Positions 37,171-51,900 of a stretch of DNA of 64,000 nt are shown here, piece by piece; position 1 is the stretch's first letter; each line of letters opens with the position of its first letter. Below the pieces are notes generated by a model. That model did not search any database. It had not been told where the DNA came from and worked only from the letters and a program-made list of their open reading frames with translations. Both the position numbers and the translations under genes were made by a program. The stretch lies in contig NC_068993.1 in NCBI RefSeq assembly GCF_001194135.2, forward strand, positions 355,530 to 419,529. The letters are read 5' to 3'. The stretch comes from Octopus bimaculoides. Its lineage: Eukaryota.

Positions 37171-40100
37171 AGTCAAAAACTTGTTGAGACTCAAAGAAGA
37201 AGAAGAAGGCCCAACTGTTATGACCAATAATGTAGGAGTCAATGAGATGGTCACTATAATGTCACCTGATCTGCTATAAATAGCTACTAAATCTCCCTAA
37301 ATCACACCTTACTGTCTTAGATGATTGGACAGGTTCATAGGTTCCATGGAGACAGGGAACACATAGGATGGTCATGGCTGGACTGTCTTGATCATAGGTT
37401 TTCAGCTGGATGTTTGCACAAGTGTATACTATATATAATAATGTAACTTTTTTAAAGCTGATGTCATCTGAAGGAAACAAGCTGCTATTTCTTGCAGGTT
37501 AAGTGACCATGTGGTAGCTGCTGTTGTTTGCACATGTCTCAGGATTTTAATTATTTACACAAAATCTGACAACAGAGTAATAATGGCAAGAATTCCCTGG
37601 AATATTAGATGGTTTTCAAGGATTGTGATGTTACTGGCCACAAGAATCTTGTCTTTCTGATGGAGAAGTAACATTTCCTTTCTTATTATTATTCAAAAGT
37701 CTGTCACCAAATGTTGAATCTCTACAATAAATTTTGTCATCAAACAAGTAAATTTACATTTAATATCTTGAAGCACATTTATGGTTGCAACTATTTACTT
37801 CGGTGACGCTCTGTCTGCGAATTCACCTAATTTTGCATGCACAGCCAATGTAAACAAGATTAAAAAAAAAAAAAGCAGTAAATTGTAAATAAAAGGAATT
37901 TATTGATGAGATGAATCATACTGATGCGATTTAAAAGTTGATTCATTTATTGTAAATAGAAAAAAAAAGGTTTAAATACAGAGTGTTTCGTTGATAAAGG
38001 CTAATAACTCACGGATGGATACACCATGAATAGGTAGATATCTAATAGGTTGAGAAGGAAAATCGTCCTTGCACTGTTTTCAAACCGTCTTTACACACAC
38101 ACACACATGCACACACTCACCTCAGTAATCATACATATTTCATATATATTCACTCTCTTTCCTTCTCTCTCTCTCTCTCACACATCTATATACACATACA
38201 CACAATTATATACACACATACACAAACTCATACACAGATAGATAAAAGACAAAAGCAAGAAAGCTAAAATATTTATAAAACAAGTTATTTCATTAAAAAA
38301 TATCACCAACTTCATTTATTGTCTGATATTCACAGATATATCGATAATAATAGAATTATTACAATGTTTGATAAGTCTCTGATAGAATAGCTGTGAAGCA
38401 TTTCTTTGAATACTGATTATGTTGAAATTTTGAATTATATATATCAATGCTGCATCATTTCAGAATGAAAGAAACATGAATTAGACATAGTGGCATGCTA
38501 TCATCTTTTTCTTTGTTTTGTTTTATCAATCTTCTTCTCCCCCGTTNNNNNNNNNNNNNNNNNNNNNNNNNNNNNNNNNNNNNNAACCCCTCAAAACAAA
38601 ACAAAAAAGGCTCTGAAGAACAACGGCAACACTGTAGTTGTGTCCTGAAAAAGCATTCCATATTATTGCAGATCCCGTGTTTATTGTTTAATCATGATAT
38701 ACAATAACATTTGTTTAGGTTAGTGTGAATGAAAGCTGCCTTTTGAGTGCATAAATATAATGCATCAAGTTACTCTTCAGGAATCTAGACAAAGTTCAGA
38801 GAAATTTGGTTTGAAATGATTGTTTTTTTTTATGGGTATTTTTTTTTTGTGTTTTATTTTTTTTTGAAAGACTGAGATTGTGAAGCTTAACAAGGATGTA
38901 GAAACCATATTTCTTAGTTATGTCACTGAGAGTTAAGTCTGAGTATTTATATGTGTGACAAAGAAACCGTTTCAAAGCAGAAAGCAATAACAAAATACCA
39001 AATGTTTTAGAATTAGATAAAAAGGTTGTTTTCTTCTTTCATTGCAAACAGTTTTTCTTTCTGAAACATTTTGTTTGATATCGTTAAGAAATCCTATAAA
39101 ACCAAGTTGTTTATATAAAGTCTGAACAGATCTTCGTTAGGGCTGTATAACTCATCTTTCCTCCTCGTTTCTCCAAACTTGGATATTTGTGTCAAAGAGG
39201 TAAATGGTTTTAAAATAAGGGCTATGTAATTAGCAGAATGTAATAATCGCAGTCTTAATTATCACGTTGAAACTGAAGATGTAGTGTGACAATATATAGA
39301 TGTTTGTGTGTGTGCATGCGTGCCTGTATCTATGTTCATTGAATAAGGACTGAGTTTACTCATTCGTTTACAAGAATTAATTATAGCCCTCAAAAGTCTT
39401 TCTTTGATCACTTATGTTCATTAGTTTTGATATTATATTGCTAATCAGTGTCAGAAGATAAGCTGGTATGTTGCTTCCTCTGATCCAGTCCATGCCAGAC
39501 CAGCAGGAAAAACAGTTTGTAAAGAGAAAATATATATTTTCTAGATGTATGCAAATGCATTCAGTTTTTATAAGATGGCATTCTATAAAGAATAAAGAAT
39601 ACATATTTCATGCAATGAAATATTTATTCTTTTATGGCTCTGAAGAGAGAGGAAAAAAAAAAAAAGAAACATTTCCCCATCAGTTTCCTATTCACAGCAG
39701 ACTAGAATGCGTGCGAATAGAGATGAGGTGGGGCTGACTTGATATCAGTTGTGGAAGAAAATAAATCCCATGTTGGGGCAATTCTAAAATATTTTCTAGT
39801 TTGAATACAGTTCTCTCTTTCCTTCTTCTATTGCTTCTTGAAAGGACTTTACACACTTTCCTTCTGGAATGTCCTTCAGATACTTTAAATGTTTGCTCAA
39901 CAAATTAATTGTGTATCACAACAACACACCAATCAGTCACAATGTTGTCAACAGACAAGTCTCACTTGAACACAGAAATAAATTGTTACACTTAGAACAT
40001 GAACCTTCTTCATTATTGGCACCATAGGATTTTACAGAGTTTGGGTGGGGTGGGGGGAAACATCAAGAACCCATTTTGAGGGCAAGTATGAGATCAACAA

Positions 40101-41231
40101 ACCCATAGCAGCAAAATACCTGAAACACATCTTGGAAGATTTCAGAAAGTCTTTGAGGCTAAGAAGAAATTAGAGAACTGTACTGAAGTCAGAAGAGAAG
40201 GAGTTCACTTTTAAAAAGGACATTATAGAGTTTAATGGTTTATTGTAAGGATGAACCAGCCTAGAATTTGTTTAACGATAGATGGACATACAGACAGGCA
40301 GATAGATAGATAGATAGATAGACATGGCTTTAGGTATGATTTCACTTTTAGCCATAAAGATAGTTTTGTAAGAGCAGAGTGGGATGGAATAAGCAAGAGC
40401 CTTTATTCCAGTGGATTGTTTAGTTGAGTGACTCAACTAGTTTAGCTGAGTCACTGACCTAATCCTCCTCCTCTCTCTACTCCCTACCTAAAAAGAAATC
40501 ATATTGGAAGTCTTTTATTTGCTAGTCTTTTACTAACAACATCTCAGTCAGGCCAGTATCTATTAGCAAGCTACCAAAACTAAATGCTCCCTCGGATTAT
40601 CCCCAGTATCTATTTCATAAACATATGGCTTAAGAATAGAAATAGTAAAATAATAATAATAAACTGTTATAATAAGTAAAACTAAGTTTGTCTTAATGAA
40701 ACAGACAACTCAGGGAAATAAAACTTAACAAAAAATGCCAAGAGAACTAAGTTCCCCTAACAATCTCTTTAAATATTCCTGGATAACAATTCTTGTGATT
40801 TATTCAACAAATTAATTATTGAAGTTATTTTCCTAAAATATAAACACACTATTAAAAAAAAAAAAAAAATAATAGTAGTAGTAATAACAACTCTAACTTT
40901 GAGATAAGGTCTACTTAATGCCTTTGATTAATTCATAGCAAATTAAATTCCAACCCATTGGTAATAAACATTTGAAAAATAATGCATTATTTTTACAAAT
41001 GTTAACACATAAAAATGATAGAATTTTATGAACATCAGACAAATTTGTATTTAAATGTGAAAGCAGAGAAAAAGAAAAGCGATTAAGAAGCCAGAGCTCT
41101 CCACAGTATCAGGTATGAAGACTTTTTTATAGATTATGTTTTCGTATCAGTTTGAATGAACTAGAGTGCAATTTGTTGAGTAAATGCTTCCAAAATAGGC
41201 TTTTAAGTAATCATCGTCATAAATTCTATGT

Positions 41232-41594
41232 TTATACATACTGAGGAGCAGTAAATGTTGGATCATTTTGCTGGTCATAAGGATCAATTTCCCATTCGGT
41301 GTTTTGCATAATAAATTTCACAAACAGTTTGTAAATGGTGTGTTTAGCTTTGATTTCTACTGTCATTGCAACAAAGAACGAAACAAAAAACATAACCCCA
41401 GATGACAACGTTATCACTTCTTCTGTGGTGAGTTTCACTTTATTTTTGGTACTTTTTTGTACCTGTCCATTGTCTGAAAGAAAACACATTACTGTTGCTA
41501 CTGCACAGGAGATCATAATCAGCAAATTGATGAAAAACACTGCATGTAAACATTTATCTTTCCCACTGACTCGTGGCCATTGCCAGTTGTGCAT
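41232..41594 (-). CDS. MARCH-family E3 ligase terminal exon with two transmembrane helices (MHNWQWP...AVFFINLLIMISCAVATVMCFL...VITLSSGVMFFVSFFVAMTVEI...PQYV*)
   Basis: Acceptor ctttcttcgtttcAG directly before an in-frame 120-aa ORF with two hydrophobic segments. This is the RING-CH plus 2TM architecture. Confidence 0.9.
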   Translation of the reverse strand: MHNWQWPRVSGKDKCLHAVFFINLLIMISCAVATVMCFLSDNGQVQKSTKNKVKLTTEEVITLSSGVMFFVSFFVAMTVEIKAKHTIYKLFVKFIMQNTEWEIDPYDQQNDPTFTAPQYV

Positions 41595-43759
41595 CTGAAA
41601 CGAAGAAAGAAAGAAAACAAAACTTTAATATTTAAAAAAATAAAAGGAGACGCATTTCAAGAAAACTTGACATCAATTGAACGTACAATTTATAGAAAAT
41701 TTTACAGCGACAAAGTTAAATAAATGGTGAAAACAAATGCTTAATTTGTCTACAATTTAACCTTTAATGTTAATTCACCTACAATTGTTAATCATTAATC
41801 TTCTTACAAAGAAATTTGATGTAGAATAACAGAGTCAAGTTGTATTTCTTTAAGGAGGATTCAATGTTAACAACAAAGACAAATATTTAGGTTGGGAATC
41901 CAGCCTTCTGTTTCTTTCCCCTGAGACATTGAAAAAGGGTTGAATGCTTCCCACCCTTTTTGATTAAGTTATTAAAACACAGAAAATGCAACTGAATGTA
42001 CTCTGACCAAATTCTAACTTGAGGAATCTAAAAGAACCAATGGAGTTCCAAAAATGTAAACCTTCCTTGTTTCCATACATCAATAACAAGTTGTTAGGTT
42101 CTGATAATCACAAAGAGTCTAACATCAACTCTTTTCTTACAATGGTTACGTTGAAATATTCTGCTGTCGTTTCAATTAATTTTAAAATTCAGAATTGCCA
42201 TTGACTCTTCTGAGTTCCTCTGTCCTTTGTTGGTCTTGTTTTTAATCCCGTGGGGTGTTGAAAATCCACCCTCCTCACCAAGCAAGCTTAGTGGGGTTGT
42301 TGGTTTAGTTGCTGACTATTCAATGGTTGCATGATGCCACTTGTTAATCATTCTAGGTTATTATTTACTTGTTAACTCTTATAATCATACTATTACTACT
42401 ATAATTCCAACCTTATTATTTATTTGTTCACTACTATAATTTCATTATTATTACTAGAGGTCCCATAATTGTCTCCCTGATTTCTTTAGACAGTAAATGA
42501 TAGCAGATTAACGTGGCTGTTGGTTTAGCTGCTGATGTTGCTGTGGCGCTATTACTATTATTATTATTATTATTATTACTAAAGACAGTGAGCTGCCAGG
42601 CAAAATGCTTAGCGGTAGTATTGTTGGCACACTGGGCAAAATTCTTACTGGCATTTTGTCCATCCTAGTTTTGAGTTCAAATTCTGCTGAGATCGACTTT
42701 GCTTTTCATCCCTTCAGGGTTGATGAAAAATGTACAAGTCAAGTACTGGGATCAATGTAATTGACTTACACCATACCCTGACATTGCTGGCCTTGTGTCA
42801 AAATTTGAAATCATTATTTTTATTATTATTCTGAATGAAAGCTGCTATTCAGTTTTGTTGTAGACCTTGAGAATAAAACAGTGATAGGTGATAGAATATA
42901 ATGATTGTATATACAGCATACGAGTGTGTGTATAAAACTTATAAACCAGGTATGCTTCATGTAGAACACTATTTAAATATCAATTTAAGATAGAAAAAAG
43001 CCAACAGAATTTGAATGAATTACCTACTGCTTACCAAATGACTACATTTCTAGCTTTTGTGTTATTCTGTTAATAAACTGCTACATATAACACACCTTTC
43101 ACTCCCTATCTAAGACCCTTTATCTTCCTGTAGTAACTTTTGAAATTCTAAGTTCCTTAGTTTTCTCCCCACTAAATTAAAGAGAATTATTGGAGGGAAT
43201 TATCAGACTGACACATAAAGAAATAAGATGTAACGAGACAAATATTTGGCTAATTGCCAATATTCTGCAACAGCAACAACAAACAAACAAAAACTGAATC
43301 TATATTTTGCAGTAGCATCTGAATCTAAAATAGATCCACTTCTATTTGAAGCCAGGAATATTCCATTGTAATATAAAGCTTATTCAGAAAGTTATTTCAC
43401 ATATTCTCACTCAGTTCTCGACAATTTTTGGTTACTATGGTAGTTTACCATGGTAACAGAAACACATTCCATCTGTTATCCGTGGACTCAATATAAAACA
43501 CTGAAATTACCATTTTCTTTCCTTCCAAAAGAAAATGTTAGTTTCTAAATATGTTAATGGCTCACATATTTGGGGGCAGATAGAAGCTGTCTTGGCACAT
43601 TTTGGAAATAGTCAAAAAATTTATTAAAAACAATATTTATATAACTTATAATAATACTAATTATTATTAACATTTTTCTGACATACAAAATCTTTTATAT
43701 TAAAAAGAAATATTCACTTTTATCATCAGAAACCAAAATTCATATTGTCATTGTCATCA

Positions 43760-44760
43760 TCATTTAATGTCCATTGTCCATTTGTCCATGCTGGCATGGG
43801 TTGGTCAGTTTGACTGGGTTGGCATGCCGGAAGGGCTACACTAGATTCCAGTCTGACTTGGCATGGTTTTCTATGGCTGGATGCTCTTCCTAATGCCAAC
43901 CACTCCAAGAGTGTAATGGGTGCTTTTATGTGACACTGGCATGGGTGCCAATTTGCATGACACCAGTATCTGCCACGACTGCAATTTTGCTCAGCTTGAT
44001 GGGTCTTCTTCTCAAGCACGACATAATGCCAAAGGTCTGTCATTGCCTCCAAGAGGTCCAACACTCGAAAGGTGTTCTTTACTTGCCACCAGCACGGGTG
44101 CACTTAGCTTGACAAGTCCTCTCAAGCACAGCACATTGCCAAAGGTCCTGGTCACTAGACATTGCGTCTGTATGGCTTAAAGTTCGAAGATCATGCTTCA
44201 CCACCTCGTCCCATGTCTTCCTGGGTCTACCTCTACCACAGGTTCCCTCCACAGTTAGAGATTGGCACTTCTTTACACAGCTGCCCTCGTCCATACACAT
44301 CACATGATCATACCAGCACATTTGTCTCTCTTGCACACCACATCTGATGATCTGCTTATGCCCAACTTTTCTCTCAAGATGCTTACTCTCTATTGAACAA
44401 ACACACTGACGTTTTACATCCAACAAAGCAAACTAGCTTCATTTCTTTCAAACTTACGCATATTCTCAGCTAGTCCATGTTTCACTGCCATGCAGCATAG
44501 CTGTTTGCACACAGGCATTATACAATCTGCCTTTCACTTTGAGAGAGACCCTTTGTTGCCAGCAGGAGTAGGAGCTCTCTGAACTTTGCCCAGCCTTATC
44601 TTATTCTCACAGTTATGCTCTTGGAATATCCACATCCACTACTAACTTGGTCACATAGATAATGGAAGCTATCTACTACCTCTAGCTTACCCAACTGGCA
44701 GTTGATGGAGTCTATTTTCTGCCCATTTTCAGCATTTATTGTACCTGTGCATCTTCCACA
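43760..44760 (-). mobile_element. RTE LINE 3' fragment (about 1 kb) in the last MARCH intron
   Basis: FRELLLLL.TKGLS.KVKGRLYNACV...WYDHVMCMDEGSCVKKCQSLTVEGTCGRGRPRKTWDEVVKHDL, followed by the family 3' UTR. Confidence 0.85.
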
Positions 44761-46836
44761 TACAAAATTCTCATATTTTTCATATTTTTTGAAAAATGCA
44801 ATTTTATTATTTTGGGGGAGTCACATCTTATGGCACACTAGTGTCCAGTGACACATAGAGAAACACTATTGTAAATTCATGGGGCATCTAGCCACATCTC
44901 ATGGCACACAATTTGAGAAGAGTCTCTCTAAATAAAGCAGTGAAAATTAATGTTATCAAAGTAAAAATATGTTACAAGCTGCTTTAAATATAATTTATTG
45001 TACATTTAAATCTTCATTTTTCCTTTTATTTACAAAATGTGAATTTGAATCTTTTATTATTACAACAGAGAGGGAGAGATTCTCCCCATCTTTCTACTTC
45101 CATTCTGTTATCAAAACAGGTTTCATCCTTCATCATTCACAAAACTCTGTTGTTCTTTCTTTCTCATCTGGTTTTGTTTTCTTTAAAAAAATACAATTTC
45201 TCAAACCACAAATTAATGATTTCTCTCAAAATAACAACACAACACTAAACAGAATGATGATGTAAAGAATAAAAGAAAACAATATTTGATTGCATAAAAT
45301 AACATTTTATGTTATCAAGTGTTGTTGGTGAGTTTTATTGCGAAAACAGAGAACAAACAATCAAATTGTAAATCTATAATTGAACACCAATATCACTGAA
45401 CAGCAATGGAATTTTCAACATCAAAACATATGTAGCAGATATAAATAATTCAATTAGAGATGGCATCACACATAGTACAAGAGTTTACCAATGTTAATTT
45501 ATTTTGAGTCCAATTACAGAATTAGAGTGGCAGAACTAAAATGTTACATTATCACCATCACCCCCCCCCCCCTCCACTGGGATCTTTGTTGAACTTGATT
45601 TCTTTGCAAACATTGGACTAAGCACCCAGTCCCTTCTTTGTTCACATTCACTTTGCTGATTTGCAAACTAAATGTTAACCACATCAATCTCTGCTGATTA
45701 TCCCCTCCCGTGCTGTCAGGAATAAACATGTCTTGGGTACTACCCACTCGTGTCAGGAAGGGACGAAAGGATTTTGAGCACTGTCCTGTCTACTCTGACT
45801 AACTTACAATGAAAGAATGAACGTCAACAAAATAATTGATGGTGGCCACATATATCTATATAGATTGGTGGATTAGATCTTTGAAGGCAATGGTAAATAT
45901 AGGGTATTTAAGGAACAGCTTAGGAACTGCACATATTGTATGTGTTTTAACTGGATATAGTGTTAGAGAAATATACTGAGGCAAGATAAAGTTTACAACA
46001 CCAAACGAAAGAGCTTCCTTGTCATCATCATCATCATCATCATCAGCATTTTAATGTCCTCTTTTCCATGCTTGCTTGGGACAGATTCTCTACAGCCAGA
46101 TTCCCTTCCTGACTCTAAGCAAGATCATTTTCCCTAGGTCAGACATGTTTTTGTAGAATGTTGGAAATGAATGACATTCTTTGTATGTCAATGATACACA
46201 CAACTGTAAGGTAAGGAGATACAAACATAAACACACACACACATGATGGGCTTCTTTCTGTTTCCATCTATCAAATCCACTCACAAAGCTTTGGTTGACC
46301 CTGGGGCGACAGTAGAAGGCACTTGTCCAGGGTGCCATACAGTAGGACTGAACTTGAAACCATGTGGTTGGGAAGCAAACTTCTCAACTCCATGGTCATG
46401 TCTAAGCCTTGTAGAAAATGAATTACAGTGAGTTTTGAATTGCTGTGAAAGAGTGACAGCTTTGGATGTGTATCTGTTTGGTGAGAGAAATTATCGAGGC
46501 TAATGTTACGATTGTAAGAAGGGTGAATCAGAAACAGAAAGAGGTGAAAGAGGAACTATTAGTGATATCAAGTGAGAAAATCAATGATATCTAACAGAAT
46601 GTCAGCAGATATCTAACAGATATCTAACAGAATGTCAGCAGCAGCATTTTTCTGAGAAAAAATGTGAAATTTCTGTTGCCAATCAGTATTGAATTCACTA
46701 TCTTCCATTTAGCATTCAGTCTTCATTGGTAATAAGAAAAAAAAATATTATAGTGAAAGTCATTGAATAAGAAATGGGAAAGATTTGTATGAGAGAACTC
46801 ACAACTAATAAAAGACAACTTGGCATTGAATCAAGT

Positions 46837-46914
46837 ATCTGGATTACACACCTCCAAAGGATCTGGATTACACACCTCCAAAGGATCTGGATTACACACC
46901 TCCAAAGGATCTGG
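46837..46914 (+). repeat. Perfect 24-bp tandem repeat ATCTGGATTACACACCTCCAAAGG, about 3.25 copies
   Basis: Three identical units plus a partial ATCTGG. Confidence 0.95.
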
Positions 46915-48636
46915 CTATGAGAAATCTAAACAATCTACTTCATTCATATCAACTAAGAGTAAATTTTCAATAAATTTTTGGAGGAGGTGAATGGTGCCTA
47001 TACTTTTTTAAAAAGTCCTACTTTTCACAATTATTATTCTTTAACTAAATTGAAAATACAATGAAAATCAAACTGAGAATGATTGCTTGATCAATACAGA
47101 CAAGAGTTATAAAAACAATTATTAATATCTTTACAACACACAAGACCACAAAATAAATAATGCTAATTATCAATGCATTATGTAATATATATATATATAT
47201 ATAGCTGTAAGCAATCTCTCATATACACACACATTGTATCTTATAAGCACATTATATTTTATAAATATTTGCATTTCTTATGAAATATTGTAAGTTTGAA
47301 GGAGTTTTGCTTCTTACAAAATATATTTAAATAAATGATAAATACAACAAAATATGGATGTTAAAGTAATTTATTTTTAAAAGTATCCTTTAAAATATAT
47401 TCACAACCAAAAACGAAAATACAAAAGTTTCACATGCCGAATAAAAAAAAATGCTCAACAAATATGTTTTAAGAATATTTAAAACTGACACCAACAAATG
47501 AAGTTGAATCAAAATAGTAAAATATTGGTCAACAATCAACAATATAGTTTTAAGAAATAACAAAGAAAAATTTTATTTCATTTAATGCCGAAATTGCAGA
47601 TGTTTCCTTAAAATAATAACATTACCACAAGGTTGTAGTGAAGAGTTCCAAAGACACAGTTGCAAAATTTCCCCAATTCTAAATCAGACATTCTACTCCA
47701 AGCAAGAGACACAGCAAACTCCAGCCCTCACACTACCTGACTGACATCAACACTATCGACAAGCCAATATTGTATTCCTAATTAGTTTTAATAACAATTT
47801 TATTAATCTTAAATGATGTAATGGGAGGTGTAACAATATAAGAACAATATTCCTCTCTCTGACAGAGTCCACCTTTGCCCACCTCTACTGAAACCACCAG
47901 GAACCTTGCAACAGACTGGACTGTGGATAAAATCTAACATGCTTAGACTGCACTCAATACAAAAACATTACATTTGTAATGTTGTTGTCAAATGGGGAGA
48001 TGTTTGGTTAAAGTGGAACATCTAACAGTTTGACAATATGCATGTTACAGGTCCATGATCATGGATGAACATGGATAAACAACAACAATTACCATAGCCA
48101 TACCACTACTGTGTAAAACTACTACTACTACTGCTGATGCTACTATATTACTGTTGCCTCTGCTACTACTATTATAGTCTCATTTTAAAGCAACTGAGTA
48201 TTTGATTCAAATACAAGATAGCATAGAAGTAGCTGGTTCATTAACATGTTTGCATTCCATTCAGGGCTCCGGTGCCATGTTGCAAGTTTAATCATGCTGT
48301 GTCTGATAGCAAGAGTTAAGGTGTGGCAGGGTATGTTTTTCCCTGTGCCATACACATTGATGCTGTAATACAGTATTAGGGACCAAGAGTCCAGAGATGT
48401 ACAACAGAGACTCTACAACAGAATATGGAATTTACATCAAACTGTGATACAGTTCCAATGAATATAACAATGAATGTTTTAAATGGTTGATTTCACTCTT
48501 ACATTAAAATAAACAATAAAAACTGTCTGAATTTCAACCAATTGGTTTCAAACCAAATCACTTGATTAGCAGCAGTGAAGCACAGACCGAAAAACACAAG
48601 TCTTGAGTGAAGAAATATCAAGAAAGTAGGTCTTAC

Positions 48637-48726
48637 CTTAAAACGTTTGTGTCTGTGAAATTCATAATGACATAACTCACAGCGAGGGGGTTTCTTGGAC
48701 TTTTTAGTAGATATTTCAATCCATTT
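48637..48726 (-). CDS. MARCH-family E3 ligase exon completing the RING-CH (KWIEISTKKSKKPPRCELCHYEFHRHKRFK)
   Basis: Acceptor ttattgttcaacAG, donor AAG|GTAAGA, 90 nt, phase 0 to 0. Supplies the conserved KW and the final CELC. Confidence 0.93.
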
Positions 48727-49098
48727 CTGTTGAACAATAAAAAAAATTTATTCTACATAAGGTTTAGTTTATAAGCTATATTCAGAGTGATCTTAAAAGA
48801 ATAAAAAATATTGTTTTGTCATAAATGAATATATTTTAGTTCAAATATTGAACAAATTTCAGAAATCAACAAAAGTTTCAGGTACAATAACTAAGATCAC
48901 ATGATCATATCTACAGAATTTCCTTGTCTAAGAAACTAGGGATGATGGTTTGTTTCAATAATTAGTGAGTATAAACAGTTTTAAAATGGAATAAATTGAT
49001 TTGCTGTGTGGAAGAGGTAATTTCTACCATTTCAGGCAGTACTCTACTCTACAGACAACTAATACATACACAGCACCCTCAGAAACTATCTTCTTCCT

Positions 49099-49350
49099 AT
49101 AAAGGGTTCCAGCTGAAATGGATTTTTTTTTTTCATCTTATAAAGGGTTCCAGCTGAAATGGATTTTTTTTTTTCATCTTATAAAGGGTTCCAGCTGAAA
49201 TGGATTTTTTTTTNNNNNNNNNNNNNNNNNNNNNNNNNNNNNNNNNNNNNNNNNNNNNNNNNNNNNNNNNNNNNNNNNNNNNNNNNNNNNGATTTTTTTT
49301 TTTTCATCTTATAAAGGGTTCCAGCTGAAATGGATTTTTTTTTTTCATCT
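49099..49350 (+). repeat. About 41-bp tandem repeat (TATAAAGGGTTCCAGCTGAAATGGATn-CATCT) spanning an N gap
   Basis: About three units before and one and a half after the gap at 49214-49290. Confidence 0.85.
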
Positions 49351-50322
49351 TTTTCATGACAAACCATTTTATTCCACATCTGCACTGTTTTTGTCAGTTA
49401 AGTTCAAAACAGGAGGTAAATACCAGAATGTATGTGAATGTTATCTGGAAATGATTGTAGAGCAGAGCTCACTACAAACTCTATCAATCTCTTGGCTTTG
49501 TGCATGCATTTTTTCAGTAAATTTCAATGAATCTATTAATAATCTTAATTGCTTTTGGTCACTGAAGTGGAAGGAAGATCTTTAAGACCACTGTCATAGT
49601 TAGAACAAAGGCGATGCTAATTTTGTTAAAAGGATGTCTTCAGTATAACCCATTGAATAAAGACATACCAGTGTTAGTTTTGGAATCATCTGTTGTTCAG
49701 CAACTGTCGTTGGAGTTTGTTGAGGTCTAAGACAATAAGAAAAATACCATTTCATCTGTTTTTGATATTTTGTTATATCTATAATTTTGATGGATAAATC
49801 CACCTAGGCTTAAGCAGCAGGTGTCACAGCTGATATAAGTTTTTGCTATAAACCAACCAATGTGGGAGCTTTCATATGGTCACTCAAATTGTTAGAAATA
49901 TCAACCAAATCTCCCTCAAATCACATATTGCTGTCTTAAACAGGAAAGGACAGACACATTAGTTAATCTAGTTCTAGATATACTCTGCCTAAATGAAAGG
50001 CAGGAAGGTCATTGCTATAATCAGTGACAGAACTATAATTAGTGGGAGTACTATGATATTCACAAGTATTTTTGGTAGTCTCCAAGTAGTCAGTTCTTAC
50101 AAATGAAAAAAAAACTACCGTCAACAGCTGATACCCAGTCCTCCTCCTCCTCTCCTCTCGGTGTTCTGTTTATCTCTAGTTTACGTAACTCTAGGAAAAT
50201 CCAGGTTAACAAGATTTGTTTTATGGTCTCTTGTTAAAATGACTGAAGAAAAAACAGAGAATAGTGGGAAAATTTCACTAATGTCTATACTTTGCAATGA
50301 TGTCTCTAATAAATTATTTCCT

Positions 50323-50323
<1 letters not shown>

Positions 50324-50366
<43 letters not shown>

Positions 50367-50430
50367 CAATAACAACAACAATAACAATAATAATAACAAC
50401 AACAACAATAATAATAATAATAATAATAAT

Positions 50431-50461
<31 letters not shown>

Positions 50462-50473
50462 ATAATAATAATG

Positions 50474-50512
<39 letters not shown>
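50324..50512. repeat. Long (AAT)n/(AAC)n trinucleotide microsatellite
   Basis: Directly visible, about 63 triplets. Confidence 0.97.
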
Positions 50513-50513
<1 letters not shown>

Positions 50514-51404
50514 AGTTATTCAAGTAAGGCTATAATTTAAATATTGAAGGGGAAAATATTGGTAAAAAATGAAAATTAAAATCTGAAAACTGAGCAACAA
50601 CTTCATTAATAAATTAAAATTGAACATCAATTTGTTAATATTTTAAATAAAAAAACACAAAACATCTTCACATCTTTTATAAAGATGAAAATAAAAGTGG
50701 TTTGTATTTCTTTGAAAAAGATTTTTCTGTGAAGAGAGCTTGAGTGTGTTTGTTTCCTCAAATGGGACCAAATTCAGATGAAGATGTTAATATTCAGTTT
50801 GATTTCTTCCAGTTTATTGGTTGAAGAAGTAAAGTCAGTTGGTGTTCCAAGGGTTGTAGAGAATAAGGAAGAAAGTGGTGGGCATCGAATACATTCAGGA
50901 GTAACAAACAGTGGGGAATAGGAAGAGGATGATTAGGGTGGGGGAGGAGGAGGAGCAGACAGCTTCATGGTCAGAGAATATTGTTTGTCAGTCCAACGAC
51001 CATTCTCAAATATGGTCAATAATGTGTGTGTGTGTTGGATAAACATGGATCAAGTGTTACAATGTACTCAAGATTTGAATTATGTCAAGAACAGTTCAAA
51101 CTGGATGATTCCTTTCTCCATGCTTCACCATTATCCAAACCAAGAAAGAGTCTCCCACACAACACACAAACCTCTCTCACCTCTGAAATCAATCCTTTCT
51201 CTTTTTTCTTTTCTTTGGTCCCTTGTCAAAAGGATTTCTATTTATTTTTGGAATCTTCCTTTTCTCCATTTTACAACTATGATGCTTCTGTGAGCAGGAT
51301 TCCTGTGAAGAAAACTGCCATATTTACTGCTCCCCCCCCCATTGCAACCCACTCCACTAAGTTCACCATTTTCTGCACATAAACACAACACAATATTACC
51401 AGGT

Positions 51405-51900
51405 GCGAGTGTGGTTGTGTGGGAAAACACTTGCTTCCCAACACAATGGCTCCAGGTTCAGTCCTATTGCAGTGCACCTTGGGCAAGTGTCTTCACATTT
51501 GCACATTGTTGTTCATGCACACTGACATTGCACAATCGGCAGAGCATTGCTAGCTTTTTTTCTTTCTAGTTTTCACAAGTCCTCTGCATTCAGGGCCCAC
51601 ATCTCACTATGACGTAGCATTGCTGTTCATACACAAGTATCATACAATCTGCCTTTCATTCTCAGAGAGACGCCATTTTTTTTTACTAACAGAGGTAAAA
51701 GCCCTCTGAACTCTTTCCAGCCTCTTCTTATTCTAGCAACTATAACTTCAGAACATCCTCCTTCACTGCTAATTAGGTCACTGAGGTAACAGAAGCCATC
51801 AGCTGCCTCCAGAAATCCTCCTGAGTATTTCAGAAAATCTCTTTCCCATCTGCTCTCAGCATTTGCTGCTCCTGCACGTCTGCCACAGACAAAGTTTAAT
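51405..51900. mobile_element. SINE head (+, 51405-51495) abutting an RTE fragment (-, about 51495-51900)
   Basis: A/B-box-like TGGTTGTGTGG...GGTTCAGTCC. The adjacent sequence is homologous to 44400-44700. Confidence 0.6.

Noticed and set aside
50161-50535. Poly-Asn / poly-Ile ORFs
   Set aside because: These are translations of an (AAT)n microsatellite, which is stop-free in several frames.
51405-51495. tRNA gene
   Set aside because: A/B-box-like motifs are present but there is no cloverleaf. It continues into a SINE body, so it is a SINE head.
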